A stretch of 64,000 bases of DNA from the human T2T-CHM13v2.0 reference genome, Homo sapiens. A model generated the notes under the pieces. The model was not told the origin of the DNA and ran no database searches. It saw only the letters and a program-made list of their open reading frames with translations. Made by a program: the position numbers and the translations under genes. Positions 28,820 through 43,050 of this stretch are shown here, one piece after another (position 1 is the stretch's first letter; every line of letters starts with the position of its first letter). Location: assembly GCF_009914755.1 (NCBI RefSeq), contig NC_060935.1; one strand, written 5' to 3'.

Positions 28820-29010
28820 TTTACATAGAGCTTCACATATATTTCCCTGTTTGATCATAGCCACAACCCCGTGAGAGAGGTTTGGTACTTTCTTAATTTT
28901 AGAGATTTCCCAATTCTGAGGTTCAGAGAGGTCATATGTCTTCCCCACAGCTGCATAGGTCATCAAAGAGCTGGAAGCCAAGCACCCTCCTCCATGTTCT
29001 TTCTACTGTA
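28820..29010 (-). mobile_element. MIR
   Basis: CACAACCCCGTGAG...CTGAGGTTCAGAGAGGTCA. Confidence 0.6.
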
Positions 29011-29219
29011 CCACGTGGCTTGTGTCGATACAGACCCTTGGGCTGGACCAATCCTGGAAGATCAAGAGCTGACTGGTGAGCCCAGGGCAAAGGTGGTGGG
29101 GGTAGGGTGAGAGGTGCAATGCTCTGGGATTTGTAGAAAAGTCAGGGTGGAGCCAGTGCCCCTTTCTGTACCCTCCACTCACATAGCACTATGATCCTAT
29201 AGGAGGCTCGGGTTAAGAA

Positions 29220-29685
29220 AGGGCTGCACAGAGTCAACACAGAGAGGAGCATTCTTGGGAAACAAGGACACGGTTGTTTATTTGGGAGGTGATCCCCGGA
29301 AGCACAATGATGAAGTAGGCAAGGTTAGACATAGAAGACGAAAAAACAATAAAGTGAATGCTCTGATGAATGAGTTACAGTCATGGGCAACTGGGGTTGA
29401 TCCCTGGAAGCTTTCTGAAAACCATGTGGCCCTTGCCTCAAAATCGAGCCACTGGAGGGGCAGGGAGCCTGGGGCACTTATTCACTCCCTGCCATACCCA
29501 CCCCGGGCATTAACTCCCCCGCATGTCACGGTGGTGACTGGCCACTGAGAGCAGGCTCTCAGGCAGGATGCCAGCCAGGCAGAGAGGAGGGACATGCACG
29601 GGGGTGAGAGCTGAGATGTCCTCATAGCTGCAGGTAAACTCAGGTGGGCTGGATATGGGATGGAGGCTCCACAGCATGTGTTACA
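29220..29685 (-). mobile_element. Old MLT1 (I/J-like) LTR
   Basis: TTTATTTGGGAGGTGATCCCCGGAAGCAC; GGGCAACTGGGG; GGGCACTTATTCACTCCC. Confidence 0.6.
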
Positions 29686-31049
29686 CTCATGAATCCGAAT
29701 GACAGTAGAAAACAGGAGACAGGCGTTCACCATTGTGGGCTCATTTTCTCCAGGCAAGGGAGGAGGCCTCCATGTTTCAGGTATATGCCATGCCCAAGAC
29801 AATGCTTGATGTTTTAGGAAACTCAGGGAATGTGTCCCTCCATCCTTTTGCTATGAAATGTTAGCATCTGGACTTGCCTCTCCCCCATCCTCTGACTTAT
29901 TTGGGGAACCTCTGCAGTGGGAGGGAGCTTGCTTTTTGCTCTGGTAGGAAATGCCATATCCTCCCTACCACCAACTGAAATCTCCCCTCCCTTCTATGGC
30001 CCCCAACCTCACACCAATCTGCAGCTGGTACCTCTGCCCTGCCAGAGGGTCTGGTGGAGACATCTGACAGATACAGAATGTTTTAATTTTTGAAGCCATT
30101 GATCTAGAGCATGTTAACAAATGGCACCTGTTGGTCCAAACGTTGTTTGCCATCCATCTTGTCTTATCTGAGCACTGACTGCATCTAGATGGGAGCTATG
30201 TCAGTCCTCAGGGACAGATTGCTGTGCAGGGTTCCACCCCACAGCCAAGAGGAATTATCCCTCCAGCCTAAGAATGACAAGGGCAGTGCCTCTGTGAGTG
30301 GCTCAGGGGCCAAGAATGGGAGAAAGTGGGAGGAAATTGCCCGGGAGTGGCTAAGAAAAAAGTATTTTCACCTCCATTCTAAGGGTCAGTCTCTTGGTAC
30401 ATCTCAGTGATACGCTGAAGAGATTGGACTGTCACTGACAAACCTCAGTAGGTAACTTCATTGCTGTAGTAAGTGCTGAGCCAGGGGGTCATCAGCAGGG
30501 GGTGGAGTAGCCTTTATCCTGTTGTGTGAACCTGGGCGTATCATTTGTCCTCTCTTTCCTTTCATCACACCATCTATAAGATATGCAGAGAAGTCTCTGC
30601 CCTGCTCCATCTCATTAGGCTGCTGAACTGGGTTGTGCAGGACAGCATTAGAACAAGTAGAAGGAACCATGGGAATGCATTTTATTTATGAATCAATGTA
30701 AATGAGTCAGAGTGAAGAAAACCTATGCAGGGTGGGCACAGCTGGGCACAATGACTCACCTACAGCCTTGAGGTAGGATTGGTGATGTCAACCCATCTGA
30801 ATCAAGGCACAGTCTGCCTGCAGAAGGGATGGGGCCTAGGGAGAAACTGGGCTTCAGAGAGGAGGGTTGTTAGCCTGTTCCCAGCTCTGCCTGAGAGATG
30901 GGTGTTCTGCTTTGGCGTGAGGACAATTTCTAGATCTTGGTAAAAATAATCTCACTTCTTAATAGCCCTCTTGCCTTATTCTGACATACCAAGCAAGCCT
31001 CAGAAGAATGTTTTGGCCTCCTCAGGACTATAATAAGGTGTCCTGGTAC

Positions 31050-31595
31050 AGTGGGCATTGGTTGGGTTTGCTGCCCAGCATCCACCCCTGCATTGTGGTG
31101 CCCATATCCAACTTCCCTCTTTCCCCTACACTCAGCCCTTGTGCTTGGGAGGCACCAACTCTTGGCTTAGGGGTGGAGCATGTGATCTAGGCCTCAGGCA
31201 ATCAGAATGTAACACTCCTCTGCTGGTCGCAAGGCTTGGCTCAGAGTTGGCTATGTGACCTCATTAGGGCCAAGGAGATGCCATGAGATGCATGCTGAGG
31301 CTTCCAGAGGAGACTCTTCCACTCCTGCCAGCTAGACTTGAAGCTGGGAAGATGGGATCCTGGAGGCAGGAAGCCATCTATCCACCATGTGGAGCCTAAA
31401 TCAACAAGGTAGAACCCAGAGAAGGAAGAAATTGAGTCCTGATGATACCATTTGATGCCTGAATCCAGCTGTACCTGAAACTAGATTTATTCCCTGGAAC
31501 TTTCAGTTTTGAAAGCTGATAAATTCCTTTTGCACTTAAGTCATTTTTGAATTAGAATTCCTGTCTCTGGCAACTGAAAAAATCTCAACTGAAAT
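31050..31595 (+). mobile_element. Old MLT1 (K-like) LTR
   Basis: CCAGCTGTACCTGAAACTAGA...ATAAATTCCTTTTGCACTTAAG...GCAACTGAAAAAATCTCAACTGA terminus. Confidence 0.65.
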
Positions 31596-34074
31596 GCCTG
31601 GACAAGAGACAGAGCACTGCAGTCACCTTTACCAATCATTAGGCTGGCATTCCCACTTTACAATGTGACTTTTGAACCTGGTTATGTGAGTTTGCTGCTG
31701 AAAAATGACTTTGGGGTGCACTGCAAAATTTCACTTGCTAAACTCAGATGGCTGAGAACCTGGCTGGGGTACAACCCACCCATGAAAGACACTTCTTGAG
31801 AACTTGGTTGGGGTATAACCCATCTATGAAAGTCCCTTCCCGAGTGGCCATTTCTGGCACTGAGTGACATCTCTGTGGTCACTGTGGTTGGTACCTTATT
31901 TGTGTCTTCTAATCACCAATGTGTCCCTGTGAACCCCCATCCTTCATGACAGGGCTGGGGAAGACAGCAAGTACTAGCTCACATATCACTCATCCCTTTA
32001 TTCATTCAGGCATTCTTTATTTATCAAATAAGTGAACAAGGAAATGGTAATAAATCCAGTTCGTTGACTGAGGTGGGAGTAATATTCGAAATACTGCATT
32101 TTACAACCAGTGTGGTCTACCACAGAAGCTGTAGTACCTGAACATTTCCATGTGAGGGCGCCTCCGGGGGATGCTGGCCTGCACCAGGGACCTTAGCCCA
32201 GCCCAGCATACACCTACAGGGGAGTCAGTGCCAAATGCCATCAGGGAACTGTTTCTCTTCAGGGCTCTGGCCAGGAGACATGTGAGCAAGGAGGTTGGCT
32301 GGTGCATGTCTGGGGTCATCGAGTGAGCACAGAAGTATTTCAATGTTTTAACAGCTGGTATGGCTTTACTGGTGAGTACTGGCTGCACATCAGGCCTGAA
32401 CGAAGACCAGGTTTTAAAGGGCTTTGCATGCCAAGTTGAGAAAGTTTTATTCCATCTTGAAGACAATGGGGAGTCACTGGGGTATTAAGGAGATTGGCCT
32501 GACCAGATCTATGAGATAGGTGCCTACTTCTAGTGACAGCACAGGAGATGTCTGGATGAGGGACAAGAGACAGGTAATCTGGAAAGGAGGCTGGCAACAG
32601 TGAGGCAGCTAAGGGTGGGGTCCATGTTGGAACAGTCTTTTCCTTTTAGGGACCACTGAACCAGATGCTTGGAAGGCCATGGTATTGAGATGATGTGTGT
32701 GGTCTAGTTGAGTTTCTGTAAAACTTTCGTAAACTTGATACTTTCTCTGACGATGTGGGTTAGGAGCCAGCTATTTTACGCAGTTCATTTACTATTGTAT
32801 TTAGGAAGTTCCTGAACACTCCCAGGAAGCCTGCCCTTGCAAGATATCGCCCTTCATTCCTTAACTCAGATGCTCCACTGGGATTCTGAGAAGCTTCAAT
32901 TCACTGATATACATCGGTGGGAGCTGCTGAGCCATTTAAGCTTTGACTATCTCTACTTGAAAGGCATGAGATAAAGTTTTCCACTGCTGGAGAGGAGAGC
33001 ATTTAAGTGACTTAGGCTCTCAACCAATCACACTCCCCCAGCAACCCTGAGAGGGTCCTTGAATGTTAATTTCATGATTCAAAATAAATGGATCATCAAC
33101 CTTTGGGAAATTCATTCATCAAACATACACTAAGTCCCTACTATGCACCAGGCACTAGGGAGGATAAATGAAGCTGCAGGAAATGCCAGAGGTTTCCTTT
33201 GCTTCTTTCACACATCACAAAGCACATCATCAGCTCACAGATGGGAGTGTGCTAGGCAAATCCAATGTCCCTATTCTATTTCCCCAATAGGCAAAGCACT
33301 CTGTGCACCTAGGCAGAGTTAGTGGCCAGAGCAGCTCAGGAGCTCCAGGAACCACCCCCTTCCTGGGTCTGCTTCCTCCATTTCCCTAAGGTAAATCTTC
33401 TTTGGCACCCAAAGTCTGTGGTTCCAAGAAGCCACAGGTCAAAACAAGCACTAGTGTGCCAGGTCACCTCTGTTATTCCCAGTGTCGGAGAACCATGCTC
33501 CCGCAAAGATCTTTAATATGGAACCCTCAGTGGCTTCTGCAGAACTTGGAAGTAGTAACTATGAGGGCTCAAATCAGCCACTCAGCCCAGACCAGACTTT
33601 GGCTTTGGGGATGGTATTGCAATTAATTATGCAATATGGTTCTTTGCTGATAATCCCCTTGCTGCTGCTGGGAGGCAGAGGCAAAGCTGCTTCTTACTAG
33701 AGAGCTTTCTTTTTAATTTAAAACTGGACTCTTAAAGGAGCAACTAACTCTTCTTGTATGTACTGAACATTTAGAAACTAACATTGTAAAGGACAGCTTT
33801 TCAACACAAAGGTCGAGTAGTTTCATCTTATAGAATCTTGGAATAGCCTGTCTGGCTAGGTGTGGATGTCGGGAGGGGGACTAGTGGGGAAGAATTGTTG
33901 AGAATCAAAGGGGAAATAGAGGGAGACTGAGGATGGGACAAGGAGGAGGCAAACTCAGGAAGGATTCTAATTGTCCTGAGGGCCAGCCTTGTCGATGGCA
34001 ACTTCTCTGAAGGCACCCAGGGATGCTGAATGGCCTAATAAGAGGAATCTGCTGGCACCCTAGGTTAGAGTTAA

Positions 34075-34310
34075 TGCTTGTAAGAGCTAATACTTAGGGT
34101 GCACTATTCTTAGTTCTTTGCCTGTTTTCATTAATTTAATCCTCATGACAACCCAGTGCGATTAATTTTATTATTAGTAGTACCATTTTCCAGATGAGGA
34201 AACAGAGGCAGAGAGAGGGTAAGTGATTTTCTCAAGTCTCGGAGCTGGTGAGTGCTGAAGCTGGGATTCAGAGTCAGGGAATCAGCTCAAAAGTCTGTGC
34301 TGATAACTAT
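34075..34310 (-). mobile_element. MIR
   Basis: TTTAATCCTCATGACAACCC...CCATTTTCCAGATGAGGAAACAGAGGCAGAGAGAGG. Confidence 0.8.
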
Positions 34311-36145
34311 GGTACTAGGAAGAGGTCCAGGAATGGGTCCACCCAGATCCAGCTCGATGACCTGGGCCAGTTACTTGGACCCTGGATTTGTTTTCACCTA
34401 TACACTGGGAGAGGGGTGGAGAAGAATGAGTTGTGGTGAAGGGTAAATGAGATAGTGTGAGGGAAGAGTGCCTTGTAGGCTGGAGGGCTCTGGACACGTG
34501 TTCATTGTGGTTATTTAGTTTTCTACTGGGAGAGGAGAGGAGGCAGAGAGATTAGCTTTTCCAAGGAGCACCCAGCTTGTACCCCAGAGACTCCAGGATC
34601 TTTGGAGAACCATTGAAGCTAGAGAGGAGATGAAGGAGGCGGGATAGAAGGACTCCAGGGAGGAGAGGGGAGCCTGGCATTCGACCCATTTCAGGGGTCT
34701 GTTTGGATGCAGAGATGGGGTTGATGTGCCCACTTCCATGCAAGGTCCCACCCATGGAGCTGTCTTGGGGCCTCTGGACATTGCACTGAAATCAGCCACA
34801 GGAGCTCCTATGCTGAGCTGGGCTCAGGCCTGCTATCCTCACCCCTGAGGTTTCCAGATACTGCCCTAGGGCCCTTTCTCTATCTCTGTTTGCTCCTCTC
34901 AACCCTCCTTCGCATTCATTTCCAAGACCAAAGGAAGCTCAGCCTGCAACAGGACTCACAGCACTGTGTGTTCCGCTGCGTCCTTCCCCTTGTCAGGCAT
35001 ATTTGCTGCATCGTCGCTCCCCCTCTGTCCTGAGAGCCCACCCAGCACAGGGAACTTGCTTATTCCCAGAATGAGGCCGGGCCTTTCCTTGAGCGAGCCC
35101 TGGACATGTGTTTGTTGAATGGAATTGAGGAGCAGTCTGGGAGGTGGCCAGAGCCCTCCTTCCAGCTCCACTGTGTGGCTGTGGGTAAGTCCAGGGATCT
35201 CTGTGAGCCACAGTCTCCTCCTGATACAGAGGGATGGATTGGACAACTCCGAGGGCCCCTTTAGCTCTGACTTTCCCAGGGTTCCAGGGATGGAAGGGCC
35301 CGAGGTGTCTAAGAGGCTGTACACGTCATTGCTGTGGCCTCAGTGGGCCAGACTGTGAGCCCAGCCCTTGTCGTTAATGCCTGTTGATTCCCACAGGTGG
35401 CTCTGAGGAGTCATTTAGGACCCCGAGTGGGCAGAATTAACACCAACTTTATTCATCTGGCAACAAGAGTTTGGTTGGCAATAAATTGCTTCTCCAATGA
35501 GAGCATAATCACTTCTCATCAGATTAGTCCTCGCCAGGAGCTGTTCTGAAATCCTTTCCGTGTCTGATGCATACAGCTCTGACTCCGAAGGAAAAAAATG
35601 AAAAACAAATGAGATGAAAGAATGATGAATTTGATAAAGGGCAATGATATCTGGGGGCTTTTCCTCCTGCAGAGAAGCTCGGAAGTGGGGGGCGGGTGAC
35701 AGGTCATTCGAAGAAGTCTGAGGGGGTGCGATCAGCTGCTCCCCCATAGTCTCACTGCTAGGTTGCATGAAAGCGAGTCCCAGAGCCAGTTTCTCCACAC
35801 ACAGACATTTATGCCCTGGCAAAGCAGGCAGTCCAGCAGTTCCTACAGCCTGTTCTGTGAGTCCAGGGAAGTCCCAGCTGTCTGCCCTTTTACATCCAAC
35901 CTCACCCTGCATGTGAGGATCACTTGAGGTAGACATAGCAAAATTCCAGACATGAGATTTCTGTGTTCTTGTCAACATCAGACAAGCAGAAAGCCTCCTA
36001 AACCAGTGGCCAGACCCAGAACCCTGCATCAGGGTCACAGGTACAGGCTTCCCTGAGTTCTTAGGTCCTACTCAAGCAAATGTCTCTGAAATATTTTCAG
36101 CCAGTCCCCAAATCCTGAGCGCCTTTTATTTCACCAATGAAAGCT

Positions 36146-36835
<690 letters not shown>

Positions 36836-37919
36836 TCAGTGTCCACCTCCCTAGTCAATGGGGCCACTATTTTCACCAATAAAGCCCATTTTTGACATGC
36901 CTTACGCTAGCTTGTGGCCTTAGCTGTTGATTGAAAGACAAATAACAGTGAAGTACTTACAACTATTGCTTCTTGTGTGGGCTTCCTCCTGAGTGTGCAC
37001 AAAAGCTGGTGGCCCTCGGACTGAGGATTCTTGATTAGGGCAACTGTCCCTAAAATTGAGTTCCTCTCTGTGCTGAAATATTTGAAAGTAAAAAAGAACA
37101 TCATGATAAGACACCATAAATGGGAGACCTTGTGACCCTGCAAGTCGATGCCTTTGGAGAGAGAAAGTAACTTACTAAACCGTATCTCATACATAGCTTA
37201 GAGATTCTGTTACCAGCTGGATTCAAATCCCAACCATGGACCCTGACCTCATCACTAGCTAACCCTCTGACCCTGGCCACAGACAGAGCCACCAAACTCT
37301 CCAGAGACAGAACCCCAGGAACCAACCACTTCAGCCGCAGAGGAGCCCGGCACATATCTAAAACAGCGCGTGATCATAACTATTCAGCCACAAGACGAGC
37401 CTTCAAGCCAGCCTGAGCTCCCTTCATAAATTTACTTTGATTTGAATTTTATGTCAGTCATGTTCTTGAGAGAGAGGTGAATTTTCACCTCCTTAAAAGG
37501 CATACCACTAATTCAGGCCTCTGGGAGTTATCTGGTTAGAGGGTAGGAGGGGGGTGTTTACTTCCTGTAAATATACTGCCTAGATTTTTGGCACATTTGA
37601 GGATGCAGAGACAGTTTAGCATTTTAAAAAAGCTAAGCTAAAGAATATGTAAAGCATCCTAATAAAAATATAGTTAGAGCCCAGGCGGGAGGAATAATCA
37701 TTATATTAATGCATTGGGCTTGAATTCCCACAGGCACTTTTTGCTTATGTAAAAATCCTTCCCTCTTGTTACTGGTCTCAGGAAACGGCAATGTATTTCC
37801 TTTTTTTTTTTTTTTTTCCGAGAACATTGGGATCTCTGAGTCTGGTTTTTGAAGTTCTATCACAGCTTTTATTTATGAAGCAAGGCATACTTGCTTCATA
37901 AATAAAACAAGGAACAATA

Positions 37920-38125
37920 CTGAGTTTTGGAATCAGACACCCAGAGTTCCCATCACGGCTCTGCCACCAACTAACTATGTGACCTTGGGCTCTTTAACCT
38001 CTCTGAACCTCAGTTTCTAAATTTGTAAAGTTGGGCTGCTAAAATCTAACTTATAGGGGGTTATGGGATGATGACACCGATCAGTGTTTATAAAGTACTT
38101 GTCATTTGGCAAATGCTCAGTTAAG
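37920..38125 (+). mobile_element. MIR
   Basis: GCTCTGCCACCAACTAACTATGTGACCTTGGGC...AACCTCTCTGAACCTCAGTTTC. Confidence 0.8.
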
Positions 38126-38431
38126 GGGCGTCACTAACAGTGCAAGGCCAACCCATCAGAGAGGCTGTATATGGAAAGAGCATTACGAATGCTTCCAGCT
38201 GGGTATCATTAGCAGTTCTATTCTGAAGAATAATTATTCGTGACCCTTGGTGGACCTAAGGCCTGGCTGAGTGTGGCTCAGATCTGGGGCACAGTGCTTA
38301 TAATACTTGGTCATTTTGACCCCTCATTCTGGGTACTGTCACATAAATGCAGAGTTGCGGTCATGAAGTGGGAGCCAAAAGGAGAATGAAAGTAGCGCCC
38401 CTTGAGTGAAGGGATTGTTGCCTTTATTTCC

Positions 38432-38795
38432 CATGGTGCTTTCCAAACTTAAATATGCATGTGAATCACCTGGGGATCTTAAGCAGCTGATTCAGAGTCA
38501 ATAGGTCTGGGATGGGGCCTCAGATTGTGCATTTCTAACAAGCTCTCAGGGGATATCAATGTTGTTGGCCCAATTGCAAAGTTCTAAAGCAGAAGTTCTC
38601 AGCCCAGGCTACCCATTATAATCACCTGAGGAGTGATTTTTGTTAAAAAGCACTTTAACAAAAATACTTATTCTCAGGGTCTATCTCAGAGAAATTAATT
38701 AGAACCTAGGGAAGGGGAATGGTAGGCAGGGTTTGGGTTGGTCAAAACAACTTTGAGTATTTTCCGTTTTAATTATTGACCAAGGACTGCTGATG
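38432..38795. mobile_element. MER5A/MER5B hAT-Charlie MITE fragments
   Basis: GAATCACCTGGGGATCTT...AGGTCTGGGATGGGGCCTCAGATTGTGCATTTCTAACAAGCTCTCAGG; a second copy begins AATCACCTGAGGAG. Confidence 0.7.
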
Positions 38796-38800
38796 GTCTG

Positions 38801-39175
38801 TGATATTGTTTGGCCATCTCCCCACCCGAATCTCATCTGGCAGTTCCCATAAATCCCCACGTGTCATGGGAGGCACCTGGTGAGAGGTAATTGGATCGTG
38901 GGGGCGGTTACCCCCATGCTGCTGTTCTCGTGATAGAGGGTGACTTCTCATGAGATCTGATGGTTTTATAAAAGGCTTTTCCCCCTTTTGCTCTGCACTT
39001 CTCCTTGCTGCTGCCCTGTGAAGAAAGATGTGTTTGCTTCTCCTTCCACCATGATTGTAAGTTTACTGAGACCTCCCCAGCCATGCTGAACTGTAAGTCA
39101 ATTGAACCTCTTTCCTTTATAAGTTACCCAGTGTTAGGTACGTCTTTATTAGCAGCGTGAGAACAGACTAATACA
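38801..39175 (+). mobile_element. THE1 (C-like) solo LTR
   Basis: TGATATTGTTTGGC...GAGATCTGATGGTTTTATAA...GAACAGACTAATACA; 5 bp TSD GTCTG/GCCTG. Confidence 0.9.
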
Positions 39176-40322
39176 GCCTGATTTTGCCCACATCTCTACA
39201 TTCAGCCATAAGCATCTGGTATGGAGGCTTCCTTTGGCCCTGAAATGCCATGCTGCAGAGGGGACAGGTAATAGGGTGGCCATGGTCACAGCAGTAGTCA
39301 CTCCAGCTCTACCCTGCAGCTGCTGCAGCCCCTTTCCCTTGGTCTGCAACCCCCTCCCATGTGCTGCTGCAGAGCCTGCAGAGCCAGATGGCCAACGATG
39401 GAGCTGGGCTTGGAGAATGACTTTACCACCTCACTGTCGTGGGGTGACTGCTCTCTCAAATCAAGAGTGCCTGGGCTTTCTGACCCCTAACCCAATGTGT
39501 GGAGCTCCTGGGACAACCAATGAGTCTCTTCTGTGCTGACTGTGCTCACTACAGCTGGGGCTGGTAGCAGCTATGCCTTCAAGGGTCCCAGCCCAGGGCT
39601 CAGTCAGGATGGGACAGGCCAGGCTAAGGGGTTGGAAGGCTGGGATCTGAAACTAGATGAACTCACAAGCAAGCCAAGTGACTAGAAATGGGGTGGGCTG
39701 TAGACGGGTGGGGAGTCCAGGGTTAGCAGTGCCTGGGAGGAGGCAGCAGGACCCCAGTCACAGACTCTGGAAACCATGGCATGACTGTTGGAGGCTGCAA
39801 AAGGGGAGGCTGAGGAAAAATAATGCTGGACGGTAGTTCCAGCTCCTCTGGAACACTGGACAGGGAAGGAAAGCAGCAACTCCAGCGTGGGGGCCGGGAA
39901 AGAGACTCCATCCTTGGAACCAACTGCCTACCCTCTGCACAGGCACACGGCCAGGGTACAAGAGACAAGGGAGAAACTGGGTAAAGAAGAGGTGGCAGAA
40001 GGTCAGGAGGACGAGGTGCAAGCCTAGCGATGCTGAGTCCCACAGCCGCCACCACCACCACCACTACTACTACTAATGGCCGATGTACCTCCCTTCTGTG
40101 GGCTGAGCCAAAGGCAGTGGTGGTAGTGAGGCAGATGGTGCGGAGGAAATAAAGAGGCCCGTGTCTCATGCCTCCTTCCCTCAACCAGGGATCTTTGAAT
40201 GACAATAATTTCTTGCCTGGGTCTATCACAAGCCACAGCCAACTTCAAAGCAGGACTCTTGATAGTATGTGGCTTCCTTGGCCTACAGGAGACCTTGTGA
40301 AGAAAGAGTGGGTCACACCTTC

Positions 40323-40568
40323 TGTATCAAGATTTCTCAGAGAAACAGAACTAATTTCTTCTCTAGTAAACCTGTTTTTGCTCATAAGTACTCCCAACTG
40401 ATTAGATGGGGCCCACCCATATTGTCAAAGGCCCCTTTACTCAAAGCCAACTGATTTTGGATGCTAACCATATCCACAAAATTCCTTCACAGCAACATCT
40501 AATTTAGTGTTTGATGAAATGACTGGGTGATACAGCCTAGCCAAGCTGACACAGAACTAACCATCACA
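40323..40568 (-). mobile_element. MLT2 (ERVL) LTR with internal deletion
   Basis: CAGAGAAACAGAACTAAT near the start; CCTAGCCAAGCTGACACAGAACTAACCATCACA at the end. Confidence 0.7.
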
Positions 40569-41609
40569 TCCCCCACTAGGTCCACTCCTGTGGTTGCAGA
40601 ATGCCAGTGCCTTCAAAGGGGTGTGTGTTTCCCTCTGTGTCTCTACACATAGATGTTCATTTGGTGTCCAGTGGGACCAGGAATAGACTCTCTCTCTCTT
40701 GCCTCTACCCTTGTTAAGGTCCTGTTCAATCAATGACTGGACCATTGCCACAGTCTCCTAACTGTCCCTTCCAGCCTTTTTTTTTTTTTTTTTAAAACCA
40801 CAGTTGTTTTTCTCTGCCACACCTACCCTTTAATAAAAAATAAGCTATCCAAACCTTTTATATTATGTTTAGGGGCCATTATCACCTTACTTACAGCAAT
40901 CTCTGCTCTAACACAAAGTAAAACAGTCATAGCATTCTCCACCTCAAGCCAGCTGGGCCTTGTAATAGTCACAATTGGCATTAATCAACCACACCTGGCA
41001 TTCCTTCACATCTGCACCCACGCCTTTTTTAAAGCTATACTATTAAAGCCAGAGAGCTTTGTAAAAGGCAAATCTAATAGATTACTCTCTGTCTCCCTGT
41101 TTAAAGTACTTTGGTTGCCTGTTTTAGCACAACTTCTACCTGTAGGAACTACTCATGCTTCCTGAAAGATCCAGGCTGTATGATGTGTCTGAGCCTTACT
41201 CATGCCTCAAATGCTTTCTGTTCATTCATGCCCACTATCCTATCTATCTTCTGTCCTGTTTGTCAACTACTGCCCACCCTACAAACATGCACATGTACAC
41301 ACACACACACTCAGTCCACATACAAGTGTGCCTGGCGTTAGATCTAGACTTCCTCTATGAAGTCCTTCCTTGCCCCTGTCTTTCCTTTTTTCTCTTTCCT
41401 CCCCTCTCCCCACTCACTTCTTCACTCTGGAGTCTGTACATCCTTTCACACAGTGCCTGGTACATTTACTACCTTCCTGATACTTTCCCTCTAATTCCCC
41501 TCAGACAATCTGAAACTTAAATTAGAATAGTGGATCACCCTTAGAATGGGTGGGTTCCCATTAGGGTTGATCAGCATCAGGGGATGAGAAAATCAAAGCA
41601 ACTGCCTGC

Positions 41610-41810
41610 ACTGATTGAGCACTTACTCCATGACAAGCTTTCTGTGACTATTTCGCTGAATCTTTGCAACTCTGAGAGGTCAGTACTTTTATTTTACCCA
41701 TTTTGTAGGTGAGAAAACTGAGGCTCAGAAAGGGTAACACAGTGACACAGTAAGGGGTAGAGCCAGCACTTGAACTCAGGCCTCCTGACTCCTAGGCCCA
41801 CTCTACCACC
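41610..41810 (-). mobile_element. MIR
   Basis: CCCATTTTGTAGGTGAGAAAACTGAGGCTCAGAAAGG. Confidence 0.8.
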
Positions 41811-41954
41811 ACAAGGTACACAGTGTGGTTGAACGGTTTGGCTGAAAGCACTTTGTTTAAATTAAATGGCTTCAAATCATAATTTGATTAAAAAGGAACA
41901 TTTCCACTTTTATCATTTATATGTAATGTTGACACATGAGCTTTTCCTAATTTG

Positions 41955-43050
41955 TTTTTAACTGAGATATAATTTACATATCATAAATTCATCCTTTTAA
42001 AATGTACAACTCAGTGATTTTTAGTATATTCATAAAGCTGTGCAACTATCACTGTTATATAATTTTAGAATATTTCATCACCCCCAAAAGAAGCCTGTAC
42101 ACATTAGCAGTCATTCTCTCTTCTTTCCTTCCCTACTCCCTGGCAATCACCAATCTACTTTCTGTCTGTATGGATTTGCTTATTCTGGACATTTCATATA
42201 AATGGAATCATTCATTGTGTGGTCTTTTGTGTCACTTCTTTCACTCTGCATGATGTTTCAAGGTTTATCCAAGTTGTAGCATATATCAGCATGTCATTCC
42301 TTTTCATGGCTGAGTAATATTCCATTGTACACTATAGGCTGACTAACGGCCCTCAAAGATACCCACATCCTTATCCCTGGAACTTGTGACTGTTACCTTA
42401 TAAGGCAAAAGGAACCTGTGACTGTTACCTTATAAGGCAAAAGGAACCTAACCTTGCATATGTGATCAAGTAAGAATTTTGAGACGGGTAGATTTGTCTG
42501 GAGTACTCAGGTGGGCCCTAATGTAATCACAAGTATAAGAAAAAGGCAGAAGATAATTTGACTACAGAAGAGAAGGCAATGTGATGATAGAAACAAAATT
42601 GGACTGATGTGCTTCAGAGATGAAGGAAGAGGCACCAGCCAAGAAATGCAGACAGTTACTAGAAGCTGAAAACGGCAAGGAAACAGAATCTCCCCTCTAA
42701 GCCTCCAGAAGGAACTAAGCCCTGCTGACACCTTGACTCGAGCCAGTGAAACCAATGAAGGACTTCCACCTTCAGAACTGTAAGAGAGTAAATGTGAGTT
42801 GTTTAAGCCACTATGTTTCTGGTAATTTGCTACAGTGTTAACAGGGAAGGAGTAATATGAACATCCCACATTTTGTTTATCCATTCATCCACTGATGGAC
42901 ATTTGAATTGCTTCCATTGTTTGGCTATAGTGAAGAATGCTGCTATGAACATTCATGTACAAGTTTTTGTGCAGATGTTTTCCATTCTCTTGGGTATAGA
43001 TCTGTCTATACAGGAGTGGAATTACCAGGTAATACGGTAACTAACTTGAT
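41955..43050 (-). mobile_element. L1MB-type 3' end, interrupted by MLT1
   Basis: TGAGATATAATTTACATATCATAAATTCA...ATTCTGGACATTTCATATAAATGGAATCAT...; resumes CACATTTTGTTTATCCATTCATC. Confidence 0.8.
42333..42859 (+). mobile_element. MLT1C/D-type MaLR LTR
   Basis: GGCCCTCAAAGATACCCACATCC...GGGCCCTAATGTAATCACAAG...CCTCCAGAAGGAAC...GTTTAAGCCACTA. Confidence 0.8.

Noticed and set aside
35415-36038. 207 aa ORF
   Set aside because: Non-ATG start, no recognisable homology or splice structure; plausible by chance in 64 kb.
39072-39084. THE1 PRDM9 hotspot motif
   Set aside because: Reads CCTCCCCAGCCAT, not the hotspot-associated CCTCCCTAGCCAC.
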